Shown: positions 8,302 through 15,938, counted from the stretch's first letter. The stretch is 59,488 nt of DNA from a virus (IMGVR_UViG_3300032296_001520:1-59488); one strand, 5' to 3'. Notes: generated by a model not told the origin, from the sequence alone. Numbers and translations: made by a program.

Positions 8302-8528
8302 GCCTTCCTCCTTACACTGTCTATCCTTGCAATCGTTACTGGTGCGAGGCTGTATTTCTCGGCAACGTCTGCCACGCTCACGCCTGCGGACAGGTCCGCA
8401 TCAATTGCGTCTCGCATCCTTGCGTTCACATTATGCTTGCGCACGCGCTTCATGGGGCGGCAGTCGCACCATGATCGTATGTCCCCGTATCGGGTGACTG
8501 CGCAGTTCGGATCGTGCTTCGCTATCAT
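8298..8528 (-). CDS. Small HTH protein with N-terminal H..C...WCDC motif
   Basis: GVSVADVAEKYSLAPVTIARI HTH-like segment. Confidence 0.6.
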   Translation of the reverse strand: MIAKHDPNCAVTRYGDIRSWCDCRPMKRVRKHNVNARMRDAIDADLSAGVSVADVAEKYSLAPVTIARIDSVRRKA

Positions 8529-8710
8529 ACCAGATCTACCGCCTTAAACTTACCTTGCGTTGCCATCTCAATCGCAATCGCGTGTTCCGCTGGCAACTTG
8601 CCGCGCCGAATCCATTGCGACACTGCGCTAGGTGATAGGCCAAGGGCGTTCGCCATCTTGGCTTGCGTTTCAAAATGCTTGATCAGCTCGGCGAGAATAA
8701 GAGGGTTCAT
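8525..8710 (-). CDS. Cro-like HTH transcriptional regulator
   Basis: TQAKMANALGLSPSAVSQW...LPAEHAIAIE.AT.G (Cro/YdaS-like). Confidence 0.8.
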   Translation of the reverse strand: MNPLILAELIKHFETQAKMANALGLSPSAVSQWIRRGKLPAEHAIAIEMATQGKFKAVDLV

Positions 8711-8901
8711 GCTGGCAACCCCAGTCGCTCATGCACCACCCGCTTTAGCATCAATGGAGTGAACCCCCATAGCCTTACCGTCATACTGTAATCCTTCACG
8801 AGACCTTTGATTTCATTGTCTATTTCTTGCAGCGCCTTCGCCGCCGCATCGCGCCGCTCGAATGCGTCGCGTGCTTTCAGAATTATTTCTTGCTCAGTCA
8901 T
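8707..8901 (-). CDS. Hypothetical protein
   Basis: ORF track; coupled. Confidence 0.6.
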   Translation of the reverse strand: MTEQEIILKARDAFERRDAAAKALQEIDNEIKGLVKDYSMTVRLWGFTPLMLKRVVHERLGLPA

Positions 8902-9116
8902 TTCGGCAACGCTCCTTCCACAGTCACCCTAGGGCAATCCTTGCTGGTGTTGATTATAACCACGATGCTTTCGATGGAGTAAAAGTTAGGACCACTTTCC
9001 ACAATGTCTTGGAGCTCATAAAGTTCGTCGAAGGTGAACAGGCGATCATGCGGGCCATTGTCGTGCATGTAGGTGATCTTGGCTGTCCAGCGGGGCTTCT
9101 TGTTATTGTCGTTCAT
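8898..9116 (-). CDS. Hypothetical protein
   Basis: ELYELQDIVESGPNF.SIESI motif; GAGGAAG RBS. Confidence 0.65.
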   Translation of the reverse strand: MNDNNKKPRWTAKITYMHDNGPHDRLFTFDELYELQDIVESGPNFYSIESIVVIINTSKDCPRVTVEGALPK

Positions 9117-9203
9117 TTGCTCTTCCTCTCTTTTGCAGTCTCACCATGCGCGGATGTCACCCATGCGGACGATGGCGCAGTTAGGGTTGTGTCGGTCGGT
9201 CAT
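9117..9203 (-). pseudogene. Interrupted paralog of the N-terminus of 8298-8528
   Basis: MTDRHNPNCAIVRMGDIRAW*DCKR versus MIAKHDPNCAVTRYGDIRSWCDCR; TGA at 9141-9143. Confidence 0.55.
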
Positions 9204-9343
9204 CGCTTAGGAATCCTTCCAAACAAACGGTAAACAAGCGTCTCGCGCCAAGTCAGATAGCGCACCGTTGCTCCGTCGACAAACAACAAGCCGTCGATCT
9301 TTTTAACCACTTCCCGACGCGGCGAACCTTCATATTCAGTCAT
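9200..9343 (-). CDS. Small hypothetical protein (47 aa)
   Basis: Translated by hand: MTEYEGSPRREVVKKIDGLLFVDGATVRYLTWRETLVYRLFGRIPKR. Confidence 0.55.
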   Translation of the reverse strand: MTEYEGSPRREVVKKIDGLLFVDGATVRYLTWRETLVYRLFGRIPKR

Positions 9344-9638
9344 TTCCAAATCCCTCTTCCCAAAGTTCAATTGCGCGGAGGCCGATCCATTCCCTCGATT
9401 GAGTGTTTGCCGAGAAGCTCACCATAGTGTGCTCCCACTCCCATATTGCCCGTTTAACGCAAGCAGCCCTCCGATCCACGGGCGGCTGCTCATATTTCAC
9501 GATCATGTCGCACAGGGCGCGGTATGCGCCGGACGATAGCTCATAGCAACTGCGTAGATTGTCGATGGTGGTATCCCATTCGCACCGCTTCGCAGCTTCA
9601 ATCAGCACCCAATCTGGTGGTGTTTGTTGCTCAGTCAT
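9336..9638 (-). CDS. Hypothetical protein
   Basis: 100-aa ORF; GGGAG RBS. Confidence 0.7.
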   Translation of the reverse strand: MTEQQTPPDWVLIEAAKRCEWDTTIDNLRSCYELSSGAYRALCDMIVKYEQPPVDRRAACVKRAIWEWEHTMVSFSANTQSREWIGLRAIELWEEGFGND

Positions 9639-9876
9639 TGCTTAAATCTCCCAATGCTTGTATGCGCATGTTGTGCATGACCACATCAACGCCGCCTCCT
9701 ATTTCTTTGTTGGACATCTGCACAGCCCGAATGGTGCATGGGAGAAGTTGTCCTCTCTCAGCAATTACCAATAAAGCTGCCCCAAGAGCCTCCTCTTTGG
9801 ATTCGCGAATTGACGTGACCTGATAATCATGCTCGTATTTAACAAAATCAATCGTCGCCGCCCAAACTGTAGTCAT
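9631..9876 (-). CDS. Hypothetical protein
   Basis: ORF track; coupled. Confidence 0.6.
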   Translation of the reverse strand: MTTVWAATIDFVKYEHDYQVTSIRESKEEALGAALLVIAERGQLLPCTIRAVQMSNKEIGGGVDVVMHNMRIQALGDLSND

Positions 9877-10154
9877 CCCACGATCTCCCGTATCTCAACC
9901 TTGTCCGTGTAGTCGCTGACGACCTCTCCGGCATCATTGCCGTAGGCCAACGCTATCGTGCCGATCTTCTGCATCGCAAGGTTCTCTACATACAGCCATT
10001 CTATGTCGCAGTATCCCAGCTCGGCCATCACCTCTTCGGGATCGTCGCTATGCAGCAGGGGAAACTCCTCGCCGTCAAAGACGGAAAGCAGAAAACCCTT
10101 ATCAAGTGCGCGGTTCACAATCCCAGCCACCACGGAACGCTCATCGCCTGTCAT
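9873..10154 (-). CDS. Hypothetical protein
   Basis: SV.DGEE and YGN...EVVSDY motif of a common early phage protein. Confidence 0.7.
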   Translation of the reverse strand: MTGDERSVVAGIVNRALDKGFLLSVFDGEEFPLLHSDDPEEVMAELGYCDIEWLYVENLAMQKIGTIALAYGNDAGEVVSDYTDKVEIREIVG

Positions 10155-10351
10155 GATGCCACTCCCGCCTCATAAACAATCGCGGTCACCACCACGTCGT
10201 CAGGCCAGCGCTTGTCCAGCACGCGATAAACGCCGCCGTCCGCCTCACTGAGCGCGCGCGCCGATTCCATAGCGTGAGTGCCCGTCTCAAACTTTGCCAC
10301 AGGCCACCACTTATGGGAGGCCGTGTCCTTCTGTTCGATTTCAACCTTCAT
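10151..10351 (-). CDS. Hypothetical protein
   Basis: AAAGGGA RBS. Confidence 0.65.
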   Translation of the reverse strand: MKVEIEQKDTASHKWWPVAKFETGTHAMESARALSEADGGVYRVLDKRWPDDVVVTAIVYEAGVAS

Positions 10352-10387
10352 GTTAGTCCCTTTCTCATGCCGTCACAGCATGGCCTT

Positions 10388-10416
10388 AATCAATCACATT
10401 GTTTACGCGGTGTCAA
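10388..10416 (-). promoter_or_regulatory. Putative sigma70 promoter
   Basis: TTGACA-17 bp-TTGATT on the minus strand in an intergenic gap. Confidence 0.5.
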
Positions 10417-10727
10417 CCCGCATAATGCTTTTCAATTGCTGGAATTATATCATCCACCATGTCCAACGCCAATTGATGCTGCGCTCGGACCTGCTTCTCT
10501 GTGGTTTTAGTCGTCCATTCGATCATGCGACGGCCATAATCGGTGCGGGCGCGGTGCCTCTCGGCGCGATAGCCAAGTTCTTCCACCACATGATAGACCA
10601 GCGCGGTCGTGGATAGCGAACCATCCATTGCCTTGCTTGTCGTGATACGCAGGATGCGGTCGCCACCCAGATCAATCCGCGTGTTGCCCTGCCATCCTGT
10701 CTTAGTCTTTGCGATGCTTGTGTTCAT
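10413..10727 (-). CDS. Hypothetical protein
   Basis: 104-aa ORF. Confidence 0.65.
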   Translation of the reverse strand: MNTSIAKTKTGWQGNTRIDLGGDRILRITTSKAMDGSLSTTALVYHVVEELGYRAERHRARTDYGRRMIEWTTKTTEKQVRAQHQLALDMVDDIIPAIEKHYAG

Positions 10728-10855
10728 GCGCCTGTCTCATCAATAAAAAGATCGCCTTCGCAAATGTGAATGTCTGGTTAAACCATGCCGCGTATTCATC
10801 TACGCCAGTTGGCGCTCCGCTCTCACCAGGTGTTGGTTTGGCGTAAGTGATAACT

Positions 10856-11716
10856 TTATTTCTCTCCATTGATCTTATCCACTTCGTTAATTCTGCGGCC
10901 AATCCAGTTCATCACGGGAACAGCCATTGAGTTTCCTAATGCCTTATAGCGTGGGCCATCTGGGCAATCACCTTCTAATTTGTTGCGCCAGGGAATGCGG
11001 GTAAAGTTATCAGAAAAGCCTTGAAGGCGTTCACATTCAATTGGAGTTAAATGCCTGACGCCACATTGTTCAATGACATAACCTTCCTCTTCTCTGAGGC
11101 ATCCCGGCCCTCTTCGCGTAAGGCAAGGAAATACCCAGCCAGCCCCCTTTCTTTTTTGGATGATCTCCGGAGTATTCCAAGACAGGCTGTGGCGCTCAAA
11201 AAGAACCGCTGCGGCACTGGCTGCGTCTCCAAGACATCCGATAACGAACACACGGCGGCGTCTTTGGGCCACTCCGAAATACTGAGCGTCAAGCACTCTG
11301 TAGGCGAACCCATACCCGCATTCGACCATCGCCCCAAGGATGGAACCAAAATCCCTTCCTCCGTTCGATGACAAGACGCCGGGGACGTTCTCCCAAACCA
11401 ACCATCTGGGCCGTGTTCTCTGAGCAAGTCTAAGAAACTCAAGCGCCAAGTTGCCACGATCATCATCCAATCCGCCTCTAAGGCCAGCGATTGAGAACGA
11501 CTGACAGGGTGTTCCTCCGACAAGAAGGTCAATTGCTCCATATTCATCTCCCTGAATTGTGGTAAAATCTCCATGCAAGGGAACGTCTGGATAGTGGTGA
11601 GCCAAGACTGCGCGTGGAAACGGCTCAATCTCACTAAAGAAAGCTGGCTCCCAGCCCAGGGGATGCCAAGCAGCAGTCGCCGCCTCAATCCCAGAGCATA
11701 CGCTTCCATATCTCAT
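10856..11716 (-). CDS. DNA (cytosine-5) methyltransferase
   Basis: SVCSGIEA (I), GGTPCQSFS (IV), ENVPG (VI), Q.RRRVF (VIII), R.LTP.ECERLQGF (IX), YKALGNSM.VPV (X). Confidence 0.95.
   Translation of the reverse strand: MRYGSVCSGIEAATAAWHPLGWEPAFFSEIEPFPRAVLAHHYPDVPLHGDFTTIQGDEYGAIDLLVGGTPCQSFSIAGLRGGLDDDRGNLALEFLRLAQRTRPRWLVWENVPGVLSSNGGRDFGSILGAMVECGYGFAYRVLDAQYFGVAQRRRRVFVIGCLGDAASAAAVLFERHSLSWNTPEIIQKRKGAGWVFPCLTRRGPGCLREEEGYVIEQCGVRHLTPIECERLQGFSDNFTRIPWRNKLEGDCPDGPRYKALGNSMAVPVMNWIGRRINEVDKINGEK
11047..11541 (-). CDS. Overprinted alternative-frame polypeptide within the C5-MTase gene
   Basis: Own GGGAG RBS 6 nt before ATG 11541; 164 aa with CSLSDVLE...PQRFFLSATAC.GILRR motif. Confidence 0.65.
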   Translation of the reverse strand: MEQLTFLSEEHPVSRSQSLALEADWMMIVATWRLSFLDLLREHGPDGWFGRTSPASCHRTEEGILVPSLGRWSNAGMGSPTECLTLSISEWPKDAAVCSLSDVLETQPVPQRFFLSATACLGILRRSSKKERGLAGYFLALREEGRDASEKRKVMSLNNVASGI

Positions 11717-11919
11717 TTGTTGTATGCCCCTTCTAACAGCTTAACAAAGCTCTTCGGCTGGAGAAGAAAGTCAAAGTCCGCCTTCCATCCCCTGTCGTTT
11801 TCGCGGCACAGGAACTTTGAATTGTAAATGGCTGCCATCGCAGTTGACCAATCCTCTAGCAATGAGAGGTGGCGTGTGTGGCTGGCGTAGTCACCGATAT
11901 TGAATTGGAAATAGTGCAT
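11713..11919 (-). pseudogene. Internally deleted remnant of a DUF1376/YdaU-type replication protein
   Basis: MHYFQFNIGDY..HT.HLSLLE (DUF1376-like N-terminus) joined directly to SKFL..ENDRGWKADFDFLL...F.KLLEG.Y (replication-protein C-terminus). Confidence 0.6.
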
Positions 11920-11937
11920 CGGAGTCCCTTTTGGATT

Positions 11938-12612
11938 TTAAGCTATGAACAAATCGCCTTGCCGCTGCGCTTGTTCAATGCGCTTACAGGCTATATCGAA
12001 ATATTTTGGTTCCCGTTCAATGCCGATAAATTTGCGGCCCATCTGAACGGCCGCAACGCCTGTTGTTCCGCTGCCCATGAAGGGGTCTAGGATGGTTTCG
12101 CCTTTAACGAAGCTAAGGCACCACCTCATTAAACCAATGGGCTTTTGTGTGGGGTGTGCGCTCGGGCCCTGGGGGTCTAAACCAGCCTCTACGGCCTTTT
12201 TGCTGCCAGCCATGACCTCTCTATATGCAAAGACACCCCTTCTCCCTTTGATAAAGGCAATTTCTGCGTCTGACAAAAATGAATTAAACGCAACGTCATT
12301 GCGCTTTATCCAAAGCAACGCCCCGCCATCCTCAAGGCGCGACCAAAAATGATTGGCCCCAAACAAAATGCACTCGCCATAAACCAGCCACGGGGCAGGG
12401 TCGAACGGTTCATCATCGCCATAAATAGGCAAGTGAACCCTGCCATGGCCACGTCTACCATTACCACCTGTGAACCTTGTAAAGTCCGTATTTAGGCTCA
12501 TCCCATAAGGCGGATCCGTCACAACCGCGTCCACCTTGCCCAATGTCGGCAATATGTCCCGGCAATCACCAAGATACAGCGTTGCTTTGCCGATGGTAAC
12601 GGGATCAATCAT
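11938..12612 (-). CDS. DNA amino-methyltransferase (N6A/N4C, beta class)
   Basis: VVTDPPYG, HPTQKP and ILDPFMGSGTTG motifs. Confidence 0.92.
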   Translation of the reverse strand: MIDPVTIGKATLYLGDCRDILPTLGKVDAVVTDPPYGMSLNTDFTRFTGGNGRRGHGRVHLPIYGDDEPFDPAPWLVYGECILFGANHFWSRLEDGGALLWIKRNDVAFNSFLSDAEIAFIKGRRGVFAYREVMAGSKKAVEAGLDPQGPSAHPTQKPIGLMRWCLSFVKGETILDPFMGSGTTGVAAVQMGRKFIGIEREPKYFDIACKRIEQAQRQGDLFIA

Positions 12613-12839
12613 GCTGCCGTCTCATCACGATAATAACCACGCGCCCATTCTAGCCTCCTCTCGAAGTTTCCAATCCGATTCCCGCGCCTATCGCATAGGT
12701 GCATCAGGCCGCACAGCAGGTCAGCCAGCGCCTCCTCGTGTTCTGTGCGTGCGGCCTCCCCGAAGGCCTCGAGTGCTATCAATGCCCACTCGGCGCGTTT
12801 ATTATTCATCCTCTCGGGATCGGGTGGTATCGTCATCAT
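12609..12839 (-). CDS. Hypothetical protein
   Basis: N..RAEWA..AL..F...ALADLLC.LMH motif; AGGAG RBS. Confidence 0.7.
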   Translation of the reverse strand: MMTIPPDPERMNNKRAEWALIALEAFGEAARTEHEEALADLLCGLMHLCDRRGNRIGNFERRLEWARGYYRDETAA

Positions 12840-12893
12840 GATAATTTAACTCCTGTTCTGGTTTCAAAATCGCGGATCGCTTCGTGAACCTTC

Positions 12894-13595
12894 TCAATCT
12901 CCTTCAATCCAATCAGCGATGTTACAAGGCCGGGCGCTAGCGGGGATTTGGTTAAGATCACCAGAGGTGCCAGTCGCATTCCCGCTAATACCCGTCACAT
13001 CACCCCGAAGGCCCGTCGCGTCACCCCGGAGGCCCGACACGTCGCCCCGAAGGCCCGTCGCGTCGCCCCGAAGGTTCGTCACATCACCCCGAAGGTATGT
13101 TGCGTCACCCCGGAGGCCCGTCACGTTGCCCCGAAGGTCCGACACGTCGCCCTGAAGGTTCGTCGCGTCGCCCCAAAGGTCCGTCACGTCGCCCCGAAGG
13201 TTCGTCGCGTCGCCCCAAAGGTCCGTCACGTCGCCCCGAAGGCTCGAAACGTCGCCCCGAAGGCCCGTCACGTCGCCCCGAAGGTTCGTCGCGTCGCCCT
13301 GAACACCCGTCACGTTGCCGCGAAGGCCCGACACGTTGCCCCGAAGGCCCGACACATCACCCTGAACACCCGTCACGTTGCCCCGAAGGTCCGACACGTC
13401 GCCCTGAATACCCGACACTTCCCCCCAAAGGCCCGAAACGCTGCCCCGGAGGCCCGTTACGTTGCCCCAAATGTTCGTCACATCGCCTCGAAGGCCCGAC
13501 ACGTGGCCTGTGAGGCGGTCGTGCAACCCTTCAACCCAGCATCCGTCCTTGTAATGATAAATCGCGCTTTGAATACGCTTCAATGGTTTTTTCAT
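12894..13595 (-). CDS. Heptapeptide repeat protein (GDVTGLR)n
   Basis: About 26 repeats of G[DN][VA][TS][GDN]L[RWQ]; start MKKPLK after GGGAG RBS. Confidence 0.8.
   Translation of the reverse strand: MKKPLKRIQSAIYHYKDGCWVEGLHDRLTGHVSGLRGDVTNIWGNVTGLRGSVSGLWGEVSGIQGDVSDLRGNVTGVQGDVSGLRGNVSGLRGNVTGVQGDATNLRGDVTGLRGDVSSLRGDVTDLWGDATNLRGDVTDLWGDATNLQGDVSDLRGNVTGLRGDATYLRGDVTNLRGDATGLRGDVSGLRGDATGLRGDVTGISGNATGTSGDLNQIPASARPCNIADWIEGD
12960..13515. repeat. 21-bp tandem repeat array (coding)
   Basis: Units like GTCACGTCGCCCCGAAGGCCC. Confidence 0.9.
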
Positions 13596-13605
13596 GTTAC
13601 TCTCC

Positions 13606-13923
13606 CTAAGCAAGTCTATATGCGTCTTTAAGACGGTCGCGCGCGGCCCGGCGCTCAGAGCCTTTTAACCGCGGGTCAAGCCGCTCGTTTATCCAGGCGG
13701 TGCGCGCCTCTAGTCGCGCAAAATGCGCCGCCCTAATGGCCGTCACCCGTTGCGTTTCCGCATCCTGCGCCGCTCTGTGCGTTGGGCAGAGAGAATACGG
13801 AAATATAACGCCCGCATATTCGTGCCCCGGAATATGGGAGTAAGGCTCCCAGCCGACACAGCCGCATGGCGAAACATCTTTGGTTGCCTCTAAAATTTGA
13901 GAAGAGGGCGGTGCGTGTGTCAT
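13606..13923 (-). CDS. Hypothetical protein
   Basis: Likely start MTHAPP after AGGAG RBS. Confidence 0.6.
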   Translation of the reverse strand: MTHAPPSSQILEATKDVSPCGCVGWEPYSHIPGHEYAGVIFPYSLCPTHRAAQDAETQRVTAIRAAHFARLEARTAWINERLDPRLKGSERRAARDRLKDAYRLA

Positions 13924-13988
13924 TGTCTTATTCTCCTGTAATGACGATGCGTCCCGCACCTCGTCGGTGTCGCTATCTCGTGTCAGTC

Positions 13989-14342
13989 TCATTGATCTGA
14001 TCCCCTTGCTTGTTCATATTGAGGGCAGTCATCGCTGCATGGCTCGTTTTCAAAGCCCTCATTATCGCGGCCACAATAGCGGCATTGTCCATTTTCATCG
14101 TTGCTGGATTGTGATGCTTCCCCTCGTGCTTTCATAGTCAGCTTTGCGCATTGAAGGACGAAATCATCCGTTACCCGGCCAAATTGAGCATAATTCACAA
14201 TCATGCTTTCAAGGGCTGTCAGCAATTCAGGACCAACCCGCTCCCATCTGCCCAGTGTCTCAATCTCACCTGCTGGCGAAAGCGGAATTAACACCTCTTC
14301 CATCGCGGTAATTATTCTGTCATCCATGTCATTCACTCCCAA
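13989..14342 (-). CDS. Hypothetical protein with C-terminal Cys cluster
   Basis: CRYCGR...PCSDDCP. Confidence 0.65.
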   Translation of the reverse strand: MGVNDMDDRIITAMEEVLIPLSPAGEIETLGRWERVGPELLTALESMIVNYAQFGRVTDDFVLQCAKLTMKARGEASQSSNDENGQCRYCGRDNEGFENEPCSDDCPQYEQARGSDQ

Positions 14343-14549
14343 TTAATCAGGCCATTTGTAGCCAAAGTCTTCAATTAAAATGTCGCGGACCGCCTCCCTA
14401 TCCACGCTGTCACCGCAAAAGTCAGCAGACGCGCGCGAGAGATAGATAGCTGTGGCTTTCTGGATGTGAGCAAATGCAACCCCCATCGGATAGAGACCGC
14501 CCGGCCCGTAGAAGCTATGAACATAACTATAGAATTTATGCATCAGCAA
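14343..14549 (-). CDS. Hypothetical protein
   Basis: F..YV.SFYG.GGLYPM...F.GDSVDRE.VRD motif. Confidence 0.65.
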   Translation of the reverse strand: MLMHKFYSYVHSFYGPGGLYPMGVAFAHIQKATAIYLSRASADFCGDSVDREAVRDILIEDFGYKWPD

Positions 14550-14562
14550 TTCCTCATCGCTC

Positions 14563-14835
14563 CTATCGTGAGAGAAGTGGCGGGCATTCGCCAGTTTGAA
14601 TAAAAAACGCCCGCTGCAAAAATGCTAGGGTATGATCTCCAGATCCCGACAAGCTATCAGAAATACACCTCTCCCGCCAAGCGATATAGCCATCCAAGTC
14701 ATTGACGGGTGTAGCCCCGCTCTGCGCGTCCGCAATGCAATCGAGGCTTAACTGCGCAAAAAATTCACGGGTGGCGTATACAGTCTCCGGGGTGATCTCC
14801 ACCCCGTTGACGATTGTCTTTCGCGGTTCAGTCAT
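14563..14835 (-). CDS. Hypothetical protein
   Basis: AAGGGAG RBS; 90 aa. Confidence 0.7.
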   Translation of the reverse strand: MTEPRKTIVNGVEITPETVYATREFFAQLSLDCIADAQSGATPVNDLDGYIAWRERCISDSLSGSGDHTLAFLQRAFFIQTGECPPLLSR

Positions 14836-15090
14836 TTATCTAAACTCCCTTTTCTCGACTTCATAGCGCGGGTAAGCCCCCACGACCTCAGATCGGCGGC
14901 ACTCCCAAGCGCGCATCACAAAATCGCGCGCCTCGCCAGCCGTCACGCCAATGCCCCGAACATCATAGATATATCGCTTGCTATCGTGCAGCACTTGAAA
15001 GTGTCCGCGCGGCAGCGGCGTGTAATAACCCGGCGAACCTGCGCGGTGCGTTCCCGCATGGTATAACGCAAAATCCAAATTCCTTCCCAT
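14836..15090 (-). CDS. Hypothetical protein
   Basis: Start MGRNLD after GGAGGGG RBS. Confidence 0.65.
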   Translation of the reverse strand: MGRNLDFALYHAGTHRAGSPGYYTPLPRGHFQVLHDSKRYIYDVRGIGVTAGEARDFVMRAWECRRSEVVGAYPRYEVEKREFR

Positions 15091-15091
15091 C

Positions 15092-15355
15092 TCAATTCCC
15101 CTCCTTCGTTTTAACAAAAACATAACCATCGCCCTTGGCATTTGAGCCCTGAACCCAATCGCCGCGCCAGCCACCATAGGGTTGATCCATCTTATCGATT
15201 AAAGCCATTGCAGCTTCCCTGTGCGCTTTGGCGAGATTAAATTCGTGCGGATAGGGGATCGTCATGCTCCCGCCCCAGCATTTCGCCTTAATGCGCGCGC
15301 CCTGGAAGTTAGTCGGGCCAAGAAACCTAGTCTCGATTGCTTTATAGATTGCCAT
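15092..15355 (-). CDS. Conserved early phage protein (AI.T.FLGPTN..GARIKA)
   Basis: Recognisable early-gene motif; directly downstream of hammerhead 1. Confidence 0.75.
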   Translation of the reverse strand: MAIYKAIETRFLGPTNFQGARIKAKCWGGSMTIPYPHEFNLAKAHREAAMALIDKMDQPYGGWRGDWVQGSNAKGDGYVFVKTKEGN

Positions 15356-15369
15356 GTCATTCGCTCCGT

Positions 15370-15429
15370 TGGCCTATCTCATCAGCGATAGTGGGCCATG
15401 CTATCGGACGGGCTTGCGCCCGTTTCGAA
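15370..15429 (-). ncRNA. Hammerhead ribozyme, type II with pseudoknot (copy 1)
   Basis: Minus strand: UC-GAAA-CGGGC-GCAA-GCCCG-UC^-CGAUAG-cAUGGCCca-CUAUCG-CUGAUGA-GA-UA-GGCCA; complete catalytic core; loop UGGCC complementary to 3' GGCCA; predicted cleavage between 15407 and 15406. Confidence 0.9.
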
Positions 15430-15442
15430 TTGCTAATCAGCC

Positions 15443-15646
15443 TCAGTCGATCCAAACAAGCCGCCACGAATAGCAATTGATCGTCACTCGCTTATGTCGC
15501 TTATCCGGCTTGCTTTCGAAGTGCCAAGGGAACCGCGCAAACAGTTTGGTACGCGCCTCATCCTTGTATATCACAACGTCAAATTTAACTGTATCAGGAC
15601 AATCTAGTGCGCGCTCTTTCCGCGCGTAGACGGGGATTAATTCCAT
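15443..15646 (-). CDS. Hypothetical early protein between the two hammerheads
   Basis: 67 aa; AAGGGAG RBS immediately after hammerhead 2. Confidence 0.7.
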   Translation of the reverse strand: MELIPVYARKERALDCPDTVKFDVVIYKDEARTKLFARFPWHFESKPDKRHKRVTINCYSWRLVWID

Positions 15647-15664
15647 TTTCTAAACTCCCTTTTA

Positions 15665-15726
15665 TGGCCTATCTCGTCAGTGGCGGGCAGCCAGCCCCTA
15701 CCAGACGGGCTTGCGCCCGTTTCGAT
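15665..15726 (-). ncRNA. Hammerhead ribozyme, type II with pseudoknot (copy 2)
   Basis: Minus strand: AUC-GAAA-CGGGC-GCAA-GCCCG-UC^-UGGUaGGG-gcUGGCUg-CCCGCCA-CUGACGA-GAU-A-GGCCA; stem I differs in sequence from copy 1 but still pairs; predicted cleavage between 15704 and 15703. Confidence 0.9.
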
Positions 15727-15728
15727 TG

Positions 15729-15938
15729 TTAACTTACGAAAGCGCCGCCCTTGTTCAAAATGCGTTCAATGGCGGGCCATGAATATTCAACGTCACCGCC
15801 CTTGCCGCTTAACAGGCGCACAACGCCAAACGTGTTGCGCGCGCCCGCCATAGCGGCTGGCTGGCCGTCAAGGGTGATGCCCATTGTGTTGGCCTTGTCG
15901 ATCAATTCGAAACGATAATCGCGCGCTGTCTGTGCCAT
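15729..15938 (-). CDS. Hypothetical protein, first gene of the early arm
   Basis: AAGGAG RBS; directly downstream of the promoter region. Confidence 0.7.
   Translation of the reverse strand: MAQTARDYRFELIDKANTMGITLDGQPAAMAGARNTFGVVRLLSGKGGDVEYSWPAIERILNKGGAFVS

Noticed and set aside
10702-10902. 66-aa ORF overlapping the MTase end
   Set aside because: Overlaps both neighbours and has no recognisable motif; could be a fragment, but support is insufficient.
12960-13515. 21-bp repeat array as a CRISPR array
   Set aside because: Units are contiguous with no unique spacers, keep an open reading frame, and no cas genes are present.
13935-13990. Third ribozyme in the gap before ORF 13923
   Set aside because: Has UGAC/GUCA and CACC/GGUG pairings but no CUGANGA plus GAAA core or other recognisable consensus.
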